Shown: positions 11,377-22,705, counted from the first letter of the stretch. The stretch is DNA of 32,000 bases from Candidatus Saccharimonadota bacterium (GCA_000503875.1 CP006913.1:570001-602000), one strand, 5' to 3'. Translations and numbers: made by a program. Notes: generated by a model from the sequence alone, not told the origin.

Positions 11377-13899
11377 ATGTTAGATATTATAGCAATTTCA
11401 TATAAAAACATATGACCATTCAAAGGAGATCCAATTTCTTTGTTTTTTCTACAAGGAAAATATCTCATCAAAGCACCTATAGGAACTGGTAAAAGTTTTC
11501 TATTTTTTGATTGACCAATTTATTGATTATACAAATACAATACAAGAAATCTTTTAAACAACACTTCTTCAGAAGGACAAATCAAAATATTGTTTACATT
11601 CGAAAATGAAACTCGACTAATTATTAGACATATTACCAAAGCAAAAATCAAAGAATCATGCACATCAACCCTCTATAAAGTACAAAATTATGAAATAATA
11701 CCAGAAGAAATAATCAAAAAAAATGAAGATATAGAAGTCTATATCAAAAAATCTGGCGCTATTTTGGAAAAAATAGAATTTAAGAACGAAACAGATCTTC
11801 AACAAACATTTCTTTCTTTTTTGCCTCCCAAAGAAGTTTTTGTAAATACCGTATTTTTGATGCAAGATTCAGACAATATTTTTGAATTACTACCAAGTGA
11901 AAGGCTTACTGTGCTCAAAAATGTATTCTGACTCCTAGGAATCGATGAAGCCAAAGAAATAATCGCAGAAAAGAAAAAAGAAATCAGTTATAAACTCAAA
12001 AATTATTCAGATACCAGCAAATATGATGAAAAAACACAGTTTCTTATCAAGAAACTTTTCCAAAACCATCAACAATTACAAAAAGAACCAATAGAAGAAA
12101 TCAAAGAATTGATTGATAAAAAGAATAAAAGTTTACAGGAATTAGAGCTTATTCAAGAAAAAGTTACTATACAAGATTTGGACATAAGTAATTTTTGAGC
12201 AGATATAAACCTAGAAATAGATATAATAATTCAAAAAGAAAAAGACAAGCATAAAAAAATTCATAATCAGCTAGAGAATATCCAAGAATCAATTAAAACA
12301 GTAAAACAAAAGCTAGACACTAAGAGACAAAATTTATTTTCTATTCAGAAAAACAGTCAAGAAGCTGAAGAAAATATCAAAAGCATTGAAAATAATAATT
12401 TTGAAATTATAAAAAAACAAGTAGAAGAGGATCAAGAACTATTACATCAAAAAGACAGTAACCTCCCCTATCAACATATCTCTCTATTTTTAGATAACTG
12501 TAGACTAAATACAGAACTAGAAGATTTTAGTAAACTCAAAGAAATTCAAGGGATAGAAAGCGTATATAGCATTATCAAACAACTTATAGAAAAAGGGAAA
12601 TCTCTTCAAGAAAAAATCAAAAATAATCAGCTTCTTATACAAAATAAACAATTAGAGCAAAAATCAGAACAAGAAAGATATATTCAATGAGAAAAAACAT
12701 TATTAGATCAACAAGGAGAATTAGAAAAACAACTTTTAGAAACAGAAAATCATCTAAAAACATTTGAAAATAATATAGAACAACAAGCTACTTTTTCATG
12801 TGAAAAGATACAGACAAATTGCCCATTCATCAAAATAATCAACAAAAAAACATTTGATCAACTTGAAGAACAAAAAAAAACTTTTGTAAATAAAAAAAAT
12901 GATCTCGAAAAAGCAATTTGAAATAAAAAAGAACAAAGAGAAAATATAAAAAAACAACAAGCTGAAATAGGCACCAAAGAAGTTGAACTCCTTGTACAAC
13001 AATATCAAGAAAACATATTACTTCAAGAAAAAGCAACCACAACTATCAAAGAATTTCTCAATAATATAGAACGAAAAAACATAGAAACAGACTACCAATC
13101 ATACATAACAATTAAAAAGGAAAAAATAGCAAAAGAACTACAACTCAAAGAAGCAGAAAATCTGCAAAAGAAAAAAGAAGAATATATACAACATATAGAA
13201 AAAAACAAAGAAATCGAAAAACGTATCAAACAAGAAATACAAGAGAGTGAAAATGAAATACAAAGCTTTGAAAATAATAAAAAAACAATTGAAGAACAAA
13301 TTCAGAATATTAATTATGAAAAAATACTACAAGCTGAAGAATATAACAATCAATGTATCACTATCCAACGCGATATTGCGAATATGATTAATGAGTTCAA
13401 AACTCTCCAAAGAGAAACAGAACTTCTCAAAAAACAAGAAAAACAAATAGGCAATCTATACAACATTTTTTCAAAAGAACTACTTCTTTTGGTATTACAA
13501 GATCACTTACCTATCCTAAATGATATAATAAATAATTATTTATCACAGATAGTTGAATATCAGATATCACTTAAATTAAATAAAACAAACAGTGACAAAT
13601 TAGAGTTAGAAGCCAATATTATTGATAAAGAGGGCGAAAGAGAAATCAAAAGTCTTAGTTGATGACAAAAAATTATTTTAAAACTTATTTGGATGCTTTC
13701 TATATCTTCATATATGAGATCACCAATATTATTTTTGGATGAAACTATAAATAACTTAGATACAGAGACTGTAAGTAAAGTTGCTGATATGTTGGAAGAT
13801 TTTGTAAAACAAAGAAATATAAAATTTTACACAGTTACTCATAATCAACAAATCCAAGATATGCAAATACGAGATAAAGTCTTGGAAATAACAAGATAA
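11377..13899 (+). CDS. SbcC/Rad50-family SMC-like ATPase (840 aa) with a long central coiled coil
   Basis: N-terminus MLDIIAISYKNIGPFKGDPISLFFLQGKYLIKAPIGTGKSFLFFDGPIYGLYK (Walker A G-T-G-K-S). About 550 aa of K/E/Q-rich heptad-like sequence follows. The C-terminus carries the ABC signature S-L-S-G-G-Q, with both Gly encoded by TGA TGA at 13660..13665, and Walker B ILFLDE. All 20-codon lines from 11881 to 13384 were checked and have no TAA/TAG. Confidence 0.85.
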
Positions 13900-13910
13900 A
13901 TATCATAGAC

Positions 13911-13938
13911 TTGAAATTTAGATAATTTTTAGTATCAT
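13911..13938 (+). promoter_or_regulatory. Candidate promoter for the transporter gene (TTGAAA, 16-nt spacer, TATCAT)
   Basis: ttgaaa at 13911..13916 and tatcat at 13933..13938, 34 bp upstream of the ATG at 13972. Confidence 0.3.
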
Positions 13939-13971
13939 CCCACTCCGTTACTATTTATTTAAACCAAAAGG

Positions 13972-15129
13972 ATGAAGAAATATAAAAATTTAATTCTTTT
14001 TCTAGTAATTACTTTCTTACGAAGTATCTTTTTGGCAATGGCCAAAATTTTCTTACGATCTGCACTCAAAGAAGATAATAGGACATTGGAGGAAATTGCT
14101 GGATATATCAGTTTATGAGCAACAATATCATATTTTATAGGTGGGGCGTTAAATTATACTTTTCGTAAAAAACCTATTGTGATTGTTTCATGAATAGTCG
14201 TTATTATATGCTTGATTTATGGATATATGACAGATTATTTTCCACTCAAAAATTTTGCATTTATTATTTCTATTATGTGATTTTTTTATGGATTACGACT
14301 TACCGTAAAAGGAATTCTTACCACTGTAGAAATCATGGAATCATGATTGGGTGAAACAAAAATCAATGCTATCACAAATATAGTTATATTCCTATGATTA
14401 TTAACAGGTTCTTATTGGTGATTTGATATATACGATCGTCTACAAGGCGTTGGTGTTATTTGACTTATTTGAACAGTTGCGTTAGCAACAATATTGATTC
14501 TTTTTACCAAATATGATATAAATTTCAAAAAACATACATTACATAGCGCAATAACAAAGAATATTCCAAACATTTTCTGATCTATTAAAAAATACTTTAG
14601 TTATCTTATTCCAATAGGAGTTTTACGAGCAATTTCTACTGCTGTAGGACAAAAAATGTTGGAAATAGGAATAGATATTATGAATAAAACACCAACAAAG
14701 GGAATTATAGTAATTGTTGTTTCTATGGTATGAGCAATAGTAGGACATATCATTTCTACTCCAATAATCAAAAGAAAAAGAGTTCTTTCTACATTATTAA
14801 CTATATTATTAGCTATTAGTATAATGTTTTTCCCCAATTTCTTAGCACAAAAAGATACATTTTTATTTATGATGTGATATAGTGCATATTTATGAGTTAT
14901 ATTCGGTGTTATCGTAAACTTAATAGAAGGAAGATTTTATCATCAAATAGGTGAAGACAATAGAAAAGAATTCTGATCTGCAGCTTATGGAATTATCACG
15001 AGTATTATTATCTTTCTTATTATGATTATAGGAAATAATGTCACTAAAAAGATTGGAATAAATGCAAGCTTTATCTTTTATTGAATAACAGTTGCTGCAA
15101 TTATCCCTTTTATAAGAAGAGTTGAATAA
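13972..15129 (+). CDS. Polytopic integral membrane protein, MFS-like transporter (385 aa; family uncertain)
   Basis: Continuous table-25 ORF (checked codon by codon) made of roughly 10-12 hydrophobic segments separated by short K/R-rich loops, e.g. NLILFLVITFL.., IVIVSGIVVIICLIYGY.., GIIVIVVSMVGAIVGHIIS.., ITSIIIFLIMIIG. The opposite-strand track ORFs 14601..14837 and 14920..15177 are shadows. Confidence 0.75.
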
Positions 15130-15183
15130 TCTCAAAATAAATTTAGAAATTTTCATATGATTATCAAAAAATGTCAACTAGAA

Positions 15184-15210
15184 CTCGCCTGAAAATAGGT
15201 GAGTTTTTTT
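15184..15210 (+). terminator. Rho-independent terminator after the transporter gene
   Basis: Stem ctcgcct (15184..15190) / aggtgag (15197..15203) with one G-U pair, 6-nt loop, then T7 at 15204..15210. Confidence 0.6.
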
Positions 15211-15269
15211 GTTTTTAAGTTTTTTGGAATATACTTGAGATAAGCAATTTTAGTTTATAGAAAACACGA

Positions 15270-17183
15270 ATGAAACAATTGATGTACAAAGTTATTGGGA
15301 TACTAATGATCTTACTAGGAAATATTGCATATATTCATGGACAATCAATAGATACTGAAAATATCGATAATTTTGACGTAAGTAACGCTACTACAAGTAT
15401 TAAAGATCTTAAATGAAGTATAGATACCATAACTGAAGAGCTTTTTGCCTTAGATGAAAAACAAAGAACAGAAGAATGAGTATCAGAACAATATAAAGAA
15501 ACAAGAGATGAAATAGTAAATGTGATTAATAGTATCAATACTACGACAGAAAAAGTAACAAGAATTTTACAACAGATTGCATTATATAAAAAAGAAATAA
15601 TAACTGCCAGTGAGGAAGTTAAAAATTCAAGAGTTTGAGGAGAAAATAGTAAAGAACGTATAAAGGAATTTTTAAATGTAATTTATAAATTAGATAATAA
15701 GCTTTATAACGAAGATGGAAGCGCTATCGATACAATCAAACTCTTAATTAATTCTGACAATGTACCACGTACACTTGCCAATGATTATGCAGTTCAATCA
15801 ATGATTGTTCAGCTCAACAATCTCATAGGAAATTTTGACGAAGAAGAACAATACCAAGTAGAAAATATACAAAAATTAAATACACTAAAAAAACAAGCTC
15901 AAACAAAACTAAAAGAATATAGTGTAGATCTAGAAAAACTTCAACAAAAAAAAAGTTATCTTTTACAATTTTTATGACTTTATAAAAGCGATAAAGATCA
16001 AAGAAAATATACTATAGCACAATTATTTGAAAGTACAAAAAGTGTGCATGAAAAAATTGAAGAAATGCTAAAAGATATCAGAAAATGAATATATAAATGA
16101 GATTTGACTATAGAAACAAAACTAAAAGAAATAGAAGAAGAAGAATCAAATCAAAAAAGATATCCAATATCACGACCTATTTATCCGATCAACGATATTC
16201 AAACATATTTTGGTGATTTAGATTTTCAAAAAGAACACTGATTTCCTCATTTGGGAATTCAAATAAAGGCAGAACAAGGAAATCCTGTTTACGCTGCTCG
16301 TGACGGTATCGTTTATCTTGTTGCTGACAATGAAGAAATTGGAATTAATCGAGCAATGATTATTCATACAGATTGATATGTAACCGTTTACGAATATCTA
16401 AATAGAACAACTATTAGTATAGGTGATGTAGTAAAAAGATGAGAATTAATCGGTTATAGTTGATGAGAGCCTGGAACAAGAGGAGCATGATTTATTTCAA
16501 AATGACCTAATCTAACGTTTATGGTATTTAGGAACGGAGTTCCATTAGATCCATTTGATATTTTGGATGCAAGTATTGTTCAAGATAAATCAGTACTACC
16601 AACAGGATATCATATCAAATATTTAAGAGATAAATATGCAAGACCTATCGATATTACAACGCTTTCCGTAATGACAGGAAGTTCTGATGATGAAAGAGCA
16701 TATCAATTTCTTAGATTATATGGGGTTGGTATCTATAAACATATTCAATTCCGAGAAGATGCGACGAAAAACACAAATATTGATAGAGATGTGGTTATTT
16801 GTATCGCTTTTGCAGAATCTACACTTGGTAAATATTTAAGTACAGCCAATAATATTGGAAACGTAGGAAATGATGATAGTGGAAATAGAGTTGCTATGTG
16901 ATGAGCACTTGCTGGAGCTAGGGCAATTGCACTTACATTAAACAATCAACATTTAGGACACTACCATACTATCAATCAGCTTTCAAGATATGGAAATCCT
17001 GATGGAAAAATCTATGCATCATCGCCTATCAACTGGCAAACTAACGTATTGAAATGTCTTTCACAAATCAAAGGATATTATATTCCAGAAGACTTCCCAT
17101 TTAGAGTCGGACCAAATCCAAATCTCTCTGAAGAACATGAACAATTAGTTGAAATACTAAAATCAAAAAGTTTTAAGAAATAA
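15270..17183 (+). CDS. Secreted EnvC-like cell-wall protein (637 aa): signal peptide, coiled coil, degenerate (non-catalytic) M23/LytM domain, and a C-terminal GH73-like lysozyme-fold domain
   Basis: MKQLMYKVIGILMILLGNIAYIHG (signal), followed by about 280 aa of coiled coil. The M23 fold reads ...YPIS-[CGA]-PIYPINDIQTYFGD...HLGIQIKAEQGNPVYAARDGIVYLV...IIHTDGYVTVYEYL...GELIGYSGGEPG...GPNLTFMVFRNGVPLDP. The zinc/catalytic positions are replaced: H-x-x-x-D is H-L-G-I-Q, Y-x-H-L is Y-E-Y-L, and H-L-H-F-E is N-L-T-F-M. The C-terminal part IAFAESTLGKYLSTANNIGNVGN...KIYASSPINWQTNVLKCL resembles the GH73 blocks E-S-G-W-G-K...N-N-L-F-G-I and Y-A-T-D-P-x-Y. The frame was checked from 15270 to 17183. 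Confidence 0.9.
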
Positions 17184-17192
17184 TTTTAAAAG

Positions 17193-17216
17193 GATGCCCA
17201 GAAGGCATCTTTTTTT
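17193..17216. terminator. Hairpin terminator between the convergent EnvC-like gene and cysS (probably bidirectional)
   Basis: gatgcc (17193..17198) / ggcatc (17204..17209), 5-nt loop, T7 on the plus strand (17210..17216) and a T/A-rich tract on the other side. Confidence 0.6.
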
Positions 17217-17226
17217 CTGATATAAA

Positions 17227-18702
17227 TTAATTTTTTGTTATTTCATAGCCATCTTTGTTATCTTTTACATTCCATCAGAGCTCAGTTATCTTATTCCTAA
17301 GTTCATCAGCCAATGCATAATTTTTATCTTGCTTAGCTTGAATTCTTTGATCAGCAAGAGCAGTTATTTCGGCAGGAATATCAAGTTTTATTTCTTCAAT
17401 AAGATCAAATAAACCAACTTTTAAAAAACGTTTTTCTAATCGATATAATAAATTAATAATTTCTTCATTTATATCACTAATATAAGTATTAATTACAGCT
17501 ATTACTTTTGGTGTATTTATATCATCACAAATCGCATCCAAAATTTCTTTATGAAATTTTCTTGCTTGATCAGTTTTTAGATCTTTTCAAAGCTCAATAA
17601 AAGATCAATCTATAGTAATATTTTCAAAATTTAATTTTCTTATCTGTACTTTTTTTTTAAGATTATATCTACTTTGTTTGGCTACATCCATACTATTTCG
17701 AGTAAAATCGAAAAAACTACGATAATGAGTTGTAAAAAAGAAATATCTAATATCCAAATAATCATATCATTTATCCAAAACTTCATAAGGAGAAACTATA
17801 TTACCATCAGATTTTGACATTTTTTTACCATTCATATTCACAAACTGATGATGAATTCGGTATTTTACCCATGGATGAACATCAAAAGCACATTCAGATT
17901 GTGCAATTTCATTTGTATGATGAATAGGAATTAAATCATATCATCCATGATGAATATCAAATTGGTTTCATAAATATTTACTAGACATTGCACTACACTC
18001 AGCATGCCAACCTGGAAATCAAATTCATCGAGGACTTTCTCGTTCCATATCTCTCTTACCACTACCTACATGAAATTTCCACAAGGCAAAATCAGTAAGA
18101 TTTTTTTTTCATCACATATCAACTCTCTCTCATCATTGAATTCCCTCTAAATGTTTTTTATAATTTAAACCAAGTAGTTTACCATAATCACTAATTTTAC
18201 TGGTATCCATATACACTCCATCACCATCAATAATATATGTATATCATTTCTCTTCCAACATTTTAACAAGGTCTATCTGTTCTTGAATATATTCTGTAGC
18301 CCTAGGCATAACATCAAATTCATCTATATTCAATCATTTAAAAAAATCTCTAAAAATTTGTTCATATTTTTTTGCAACATCTCGAGCAGATATTCATTCT
18401 TTTTTTGCAGCCTTTTCCATTTTTTCATCACCATCATCACTATCTCAAGCCAAATGACCAACATCAGTAAAATTACTCATAGATATTACTTTATATCAAA
18501 GAATATTTTTTATTACATTTCTGATTAAGTCAGCCGTAAAAGCAGCTCTTACATTACCAAAATGAGGCATACCATAAACCGTAGGTCCACAACTATAAAA
18601 ACCCACAAAATCTTTTTTTGGTCAATGATAATTAGGATCTTCCATCAAGGGTACAAATTCTTCTTTTTGACGAGTAAGAGTGTTATAAAGATGCAGTTTC
18701 AT
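17227..18702 (-). CDS. cysS: Cysteinyl-tRNA synthetase (491 aa)
   Basis: MKLHLYNTLTRQKEEFVP; CGPTVYGMPHFGNVRAA (HIGH-like); ..ESP-x-GIGFPGWHAECSAM; FDIHHGGYDLIPIHHTNEIAQS; GKKMSKSDGN. No in-frame TAA/TAG between 18702 and 17230 (checked). Track ORFs 17275..17541 and 18622..18816 are in frame. The start is placed at the conserved MKLHLYNT rather than at the upstream extension to 18816. Confidence 0.95.
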
Positions 18703-18820
18703 AGAGAGAAAAAATATATAAAGTACACTTCTTGTAGTGTTTTTGAATATAAATTCAATTGAAAAGACAGCAGAAAAATATAGAACAAGCCCTGCACATT
18801 TAAATTTTGAAACCAAAAAA

Positions 18821-20113
18821 ATGAATACACCAAAGCTTTCAAATTACTTTTCACAGAAATCTCCATCAGCAATTAGAATGGCACAAATGGAATTTGCCAA
18901 AAGAAATGATGGCACAAAAGCAATCAATGTGTCTATTGGAAATGTTTCGTTACCCATGCATCCAGCGATGCAAAAAAGAATGTTTGAATTAAATAATCCA
19001 GATAGTCCTCTAAAAGATTGAGTAGTAAAATACACACAAACAGTTGGGAATCAAGAGACAATTGACGCATTTTTGAATATCGTGAAATCCAGTTGATTCC
19101 CAACAGAAAATCTTTTTTGTCAGATCACCGATGGAGGAAGCCAAGCTATGGAATTAGTCCTTCTTGGAGTGAGTGATGCCAATGACAGACCGATCTTATT
19201 GATAGATCCAGCCTATACTAATTATATGAGTTTTGCTCAAAGAGTAGGAAGAAAAACCATCACTATTACGAGAAACCTACAAGATGATGGAACCTTTACC
19301 TTACCAAGCAAAGAAATAATAGAAGAAACCATAACCCAATATAATCCATCAGCTATTGTGGTTATCCCCTATGATAATCCTACGGGACAATATTACACTC
19401 AGGAAGATATGATAACAATTGCTAAACTTTCCGTAGAACATAATATGCGAATAATTAGCGATGAGGCCTATAGAGAATTACAATATCATCACCAAAAATC
19501 AACAAGCATTCGAGGTATAGACAATACTCTAGTTCCAGGTATTGAAGGAAGAAGAATCAGCATAGAAAGTGCTTCAAAAGTACGAAACGCCTGTTGATTA
19601 AGAATAGGAGCAATCATCACGGACAATGCAGAATTTCATCAACAAGCAGTAGCAGAAAACACAACGGCTCTTTGTTCAAGCACTATTGGACAATACATTT
19701 TCGGATCATTAGCTCATCTCAATAAAGAAGAACTTCAAGCTCGATACGAACAACAAAGAACCTATTATGGAAGTATGCTCAATACGTTAACTTCGGCGTT
19801 TAAAGAGGTATTACCAGGGATTATTGTTTCTAGTCCAGACGCTTCTATCTACTCCGTAATTGATGTAAAACATATTGCAAAGCCAGATTTTGATGCTAAA
19901 ACTTTCGTACTTTTTTGTGCACAACAAGGATATACTCTGATAGATAACCAAAAATATACAGTGCTCACCTCTCCTATGAGTGGATTCTACAACAACAAAG
20001 AAAACCCAGGGAAAACCCAAATGAGAATTTCTTTTGTAGAATCTCCTGAACAGATGAAATTAGTTCCTTACATTTTCGCAGAACTTTTTAAACAATACGA
20101 GAACACAAGATAA
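18821..20113 (+). CDS. Fold-type I (class I/II) PLP-dependent aminotransferase (430 aa); substrate not assignable from sequence alone
   Basis: Track ORFs 18737..19021, 19148..19597 and 19775..20113 share one frame and are joined only by TGA. Motifs: LLIDPAYTNY, VVIPYDNPTGQ, IISDEAYREL, and the PLP-lysine block S-A-S-K-V-[CGA]-N-A-C-G-L-R-I-G, where the conserved Gly is TGA at 19595..19597. Confidence 0.9.
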
Positions 20114-20132
20114 AGAATCTGATTATACAAAT

Positions 20133-20166
20133 GATGGTAGCATAACAAATAATGCTATCATTTTTC
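20133..20166 (+). terminator. Rho-independent terminator after the aminotransferase gene
   Basis: gatggtagcat (20133..20143) pairs with atgctatcatt (20152..20162) with two G-U pairs, followed by a T-run. Confidence 0.5.
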
Positions 20167-20260
20167 TTATAGGAACAATTGATTTTTCTCACCATTTCAT
20201 TACGCTACACGCAATAGTCGATTCTCTGTAATCCTCTAGCAATTTACCTTACGTAAAACC

Positions 20261-22696
20261 ATGTTCTGAATTCTTGGGAACAATGCAAGGAATCTCCTCT
20301 ATATCAAAAAGTTTAACGATAAAAAAGCTATTCGTCTGGCGAACAACAAACTCGAGACAAAAAACTTCTTATCAGAAAGAGGAATCCCTTTCGCCAAAAC
20401 TTATGGAATCATATCCAATCGTAATGAACTTTATGACTTTGATTTTTCTTATTTACCAAAAAAAACATTTGTCATAAAACCAAATCAATGAAGTAAATGA
20501 GAATGAATTTTGATAGTAAAAAATATCACCAAAGAAGAACAACCAATACACAAGAAAAAAAATACAATAATAGATAATTTGGAAAAACGACGAGCGAAAA
20601 TAATACCCTATAAAACAATTCCAATCAATAGAAAAGAACTTTATCATGTAGGAGAAAAATCAATCAATGACGAAACATTTAGAAGATATTTGCTTGATAT
20701 CATCGATTGAAAATATTCTATGACAATGGGAAATGACAAAGTAATTATAGAAGAAAAACTAATTCCAGGAGAATTATTTAAAGAATTTTGTGAACGATGA
20801 TTAGCAGATATTAGAATCATTGTTTTCAATCTTGTTCCTATTGCTACAATGATTAGAGTGCCTACAAAATATTCCAACGGAAAGGCAAATTTAGCACAAT
20901 GATGATTAGGGCTTGGAATAGAAGTATGAACAGGAAAAATAACATCTATGCTTCGAAAAAACAAAGTATATACACGTAAATTTCCCAAAGAGTTTGGTCA
21001 TTTTTTTGGAAAACAAATTCCTTATCGAAACGATATTTTATTCCTTTCATCAAAAGCTCAATATTATGTAAACCTTGGATATCTTGCTCTCGATCGAGTA
21101 ATAACAAATGAGGGACCAAAACTTTTGGAAATCAATGCAAGAGCCGGTTTAGAGGTACAAAAAGTAACAAACACTCCTCTAGAAAAAATATTAGAAAAGA
21201 TTGAAGATCTCAATATTCAAGATCCAGAAAAATGAGTAGAAATAGCAAAAACTTTGTTTAGCAAAGAATCTAATGATCTTATCAAACAACAAAAAATTCT
21301 TTATTTATCTCAATACGGGAAAGTTATTTTAAAAAATGATGATGATGAAACTATAGATGTTATCGTAGAAATTGATCTTAATAAGCAAAATAATTATGTA
21401 ACGCCAAGTATATATGATAAAATCAAACAAAAATCTGATTTTATTTTGGATATGTATGAAAACGACATAATTCTTAAAAAACCAAAACTTATTGCAAAAG
21501 AACAAATAAGTGAAAATAAAATTATATTAGGAAGAAAAACTGCAGAAAAATTTCTCATAAAACCTATTCACAAAACATTCGAAAAGATAGAAATTATCTC
21601 TTCTGATAAATTGCTTCCGCTGGAGACCAAAGAACTACATATCATCGATGAAAGATTAGAAAAGCTCTCCAAAAGATTAAACCTCTCAGCAAAACTCAGA
21701 CCAACAAACTATTTCAATGAACTTGATAATTTTATTACACGAAAAGGTAATTATAATCCTATTTTTCAATATAAACGACCAACTGAAGAAAAAATATTAG
21801 AAACAAAAAATGATTTAGAAAAACTTCAAGAAAAAACAAATAAATTAGAAAGTCCTATAAAAAAACTTTTTTTAGAAAAAGCAGATGAATTAACAAATAA
21901 ATTATTCTTACTACAATCTTATACAAAACAAAATTTTAAAAACATAGCAATATATAATGAGAAACTTTTTGGTTCATTTGATCAGGAACTTCTCAAAAAT
22001 TCAAAAGAAAAAGTGTTTTCACAAAAGGAAAATAATCAAGAAATATTGGGGGAACCATTGAAATTATCAGAAATAGAACAACTTATAGAACGCTATCTTG
22101 CTGAAAAAAAAATATATGGTGTTGATATCGTATTCAGTTATGATAATCTTTCTAGAATTTCTGTCATTATGGGAAAAGAAATCAGAATCAGTATTTCTAA
22201 ACATGGTATTTTTAGAGAAAAAGAAATTCTTTCAATTCTGGCTCATGAAATAGATACACACCTTGTAAGACATCTTAACGGATTAAAATCTTGACGAAAA
22301 ATATTTAAATCATGAACAGGATATTATCTAAAGGATGAAGAAGGTTTAGCTATATGGAATGCAAGTAAATTTTTGCCTGAAGAATATGAAAAAGACAGTA
22401 TATACAAAAAATATATTTTAATAAACGATTGAGAAAAAATGGATTTTAAAAAACTATGTGAAACAGCTAGATTCTATTATCCAGAAAGAAGTAATGAATG
22501 ATTATTTAAAACAGCTATTAGAATAAAGAGATGATTAATAGATTCTTCAAGAATTTGAAAAGGAACAAATGCAATTCAAAATAAAATATATTTAGAATGA
22601 TACGAAAAGATAAAAGAAATTTTCAAAAATTGAGGAGAAATCGATAGATTATACAAGGGGAAAATTAAAATAGAAGATTTAGATTTTATAAAATAA
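20261..22696 (+). CDS. Fusion protein (811 aa): N-terminal ATP-grasp amino-acid ligase (alpha-L-glutamate-ligase-related, sugar-transfer-associated type) plus C-terminal DUF1704/QEGLA-family (MATCAP-type) metallocarboxypeptidase
   Basis: Track ORFs 20510.., 20948.. and 21254..22294 share one frame with the ATG at 20261; only TGA intervenes. ATP-grasp blocks: FVIKPNQGSKGEGILIV (20477..20509; three Gly are TGA), GLADIRIIVF, VPTKYSNGKANLAQGGLGLGIEVGTGKI, GPKLLEINARAGLEVQ (21128..21154). DUF1704 blocks: KLRPTNYFNELDNF..NPIFQYKRP, H-E-I-D-T-H (HEXXXH, 22244..22261), E-E-G-L-A (22337..22351), RIKRGL..GKGTNAIQNKIYLEGY. Stop TAA at 22694..22696. Confidence 0.9.
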
Positions 22697-22705
22697 ATAT
22701 TTCCA

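Noticed and set aside
12796-13042. Two minus-strand track ORFs (70 and 67 aa) rich in Phe/Leu
   Set aside because: They are the reverse complement of the Lys/Glu-rich coiled-coil coding region of the SbcC-like gene, a typical AAA/GAA shadow. The same applies to 11665..11865.
11377-13899. SMC-like ATPase as part of an anti-phage system (Lamassu/Wadjet/Gabija-like)
   Set aside because: No effector nuclease, kleisin-like or helicase partner gene is adjacent. The neighbours are metG and a transporter. The head motifs fit SbcC/Rad50 best.
14601-15177. Minus-strand ORFs 14601..14837 and 14920..15177 (also 15335..15538 and 16745..16945)
   Set aside because: They overlap well-supported plus-strand genes (the transporter and the EnvC-like gene) and have no start context or motifs of their own.
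18703-18816. Upstream in-frame extension of cysS offered by the track (start at 18816)
   Set aside because: The extension (MVSKFKCAGLVLYFSAVFS..) has no counterpart in CysRS, and the conserved N-terminus begins at MKLHLYNTL (18702). The extension would also consume the whole divergent promoter region.
20249-20256. Perfect palindrome TTACGTAA just upstream of the amidoligase cluster, in a locally GC-richer leader (20170..20260)
   Set aside because: An 8-bp palindrome is expected by chance in 32 kb. There is no second copy and no recognisable riboswitch-like structure.
20644-20988. 114-aa minus-strand ORF (also 18283..18528(+), 18562..18762(+), 19811..20020(-), 22576..22791(-), 23125..23313(-), 23506..23766(-), 26433..26747(-))
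   Set aside because: Each lies opposite a motif-supported gene, so they are shadow ORFs.
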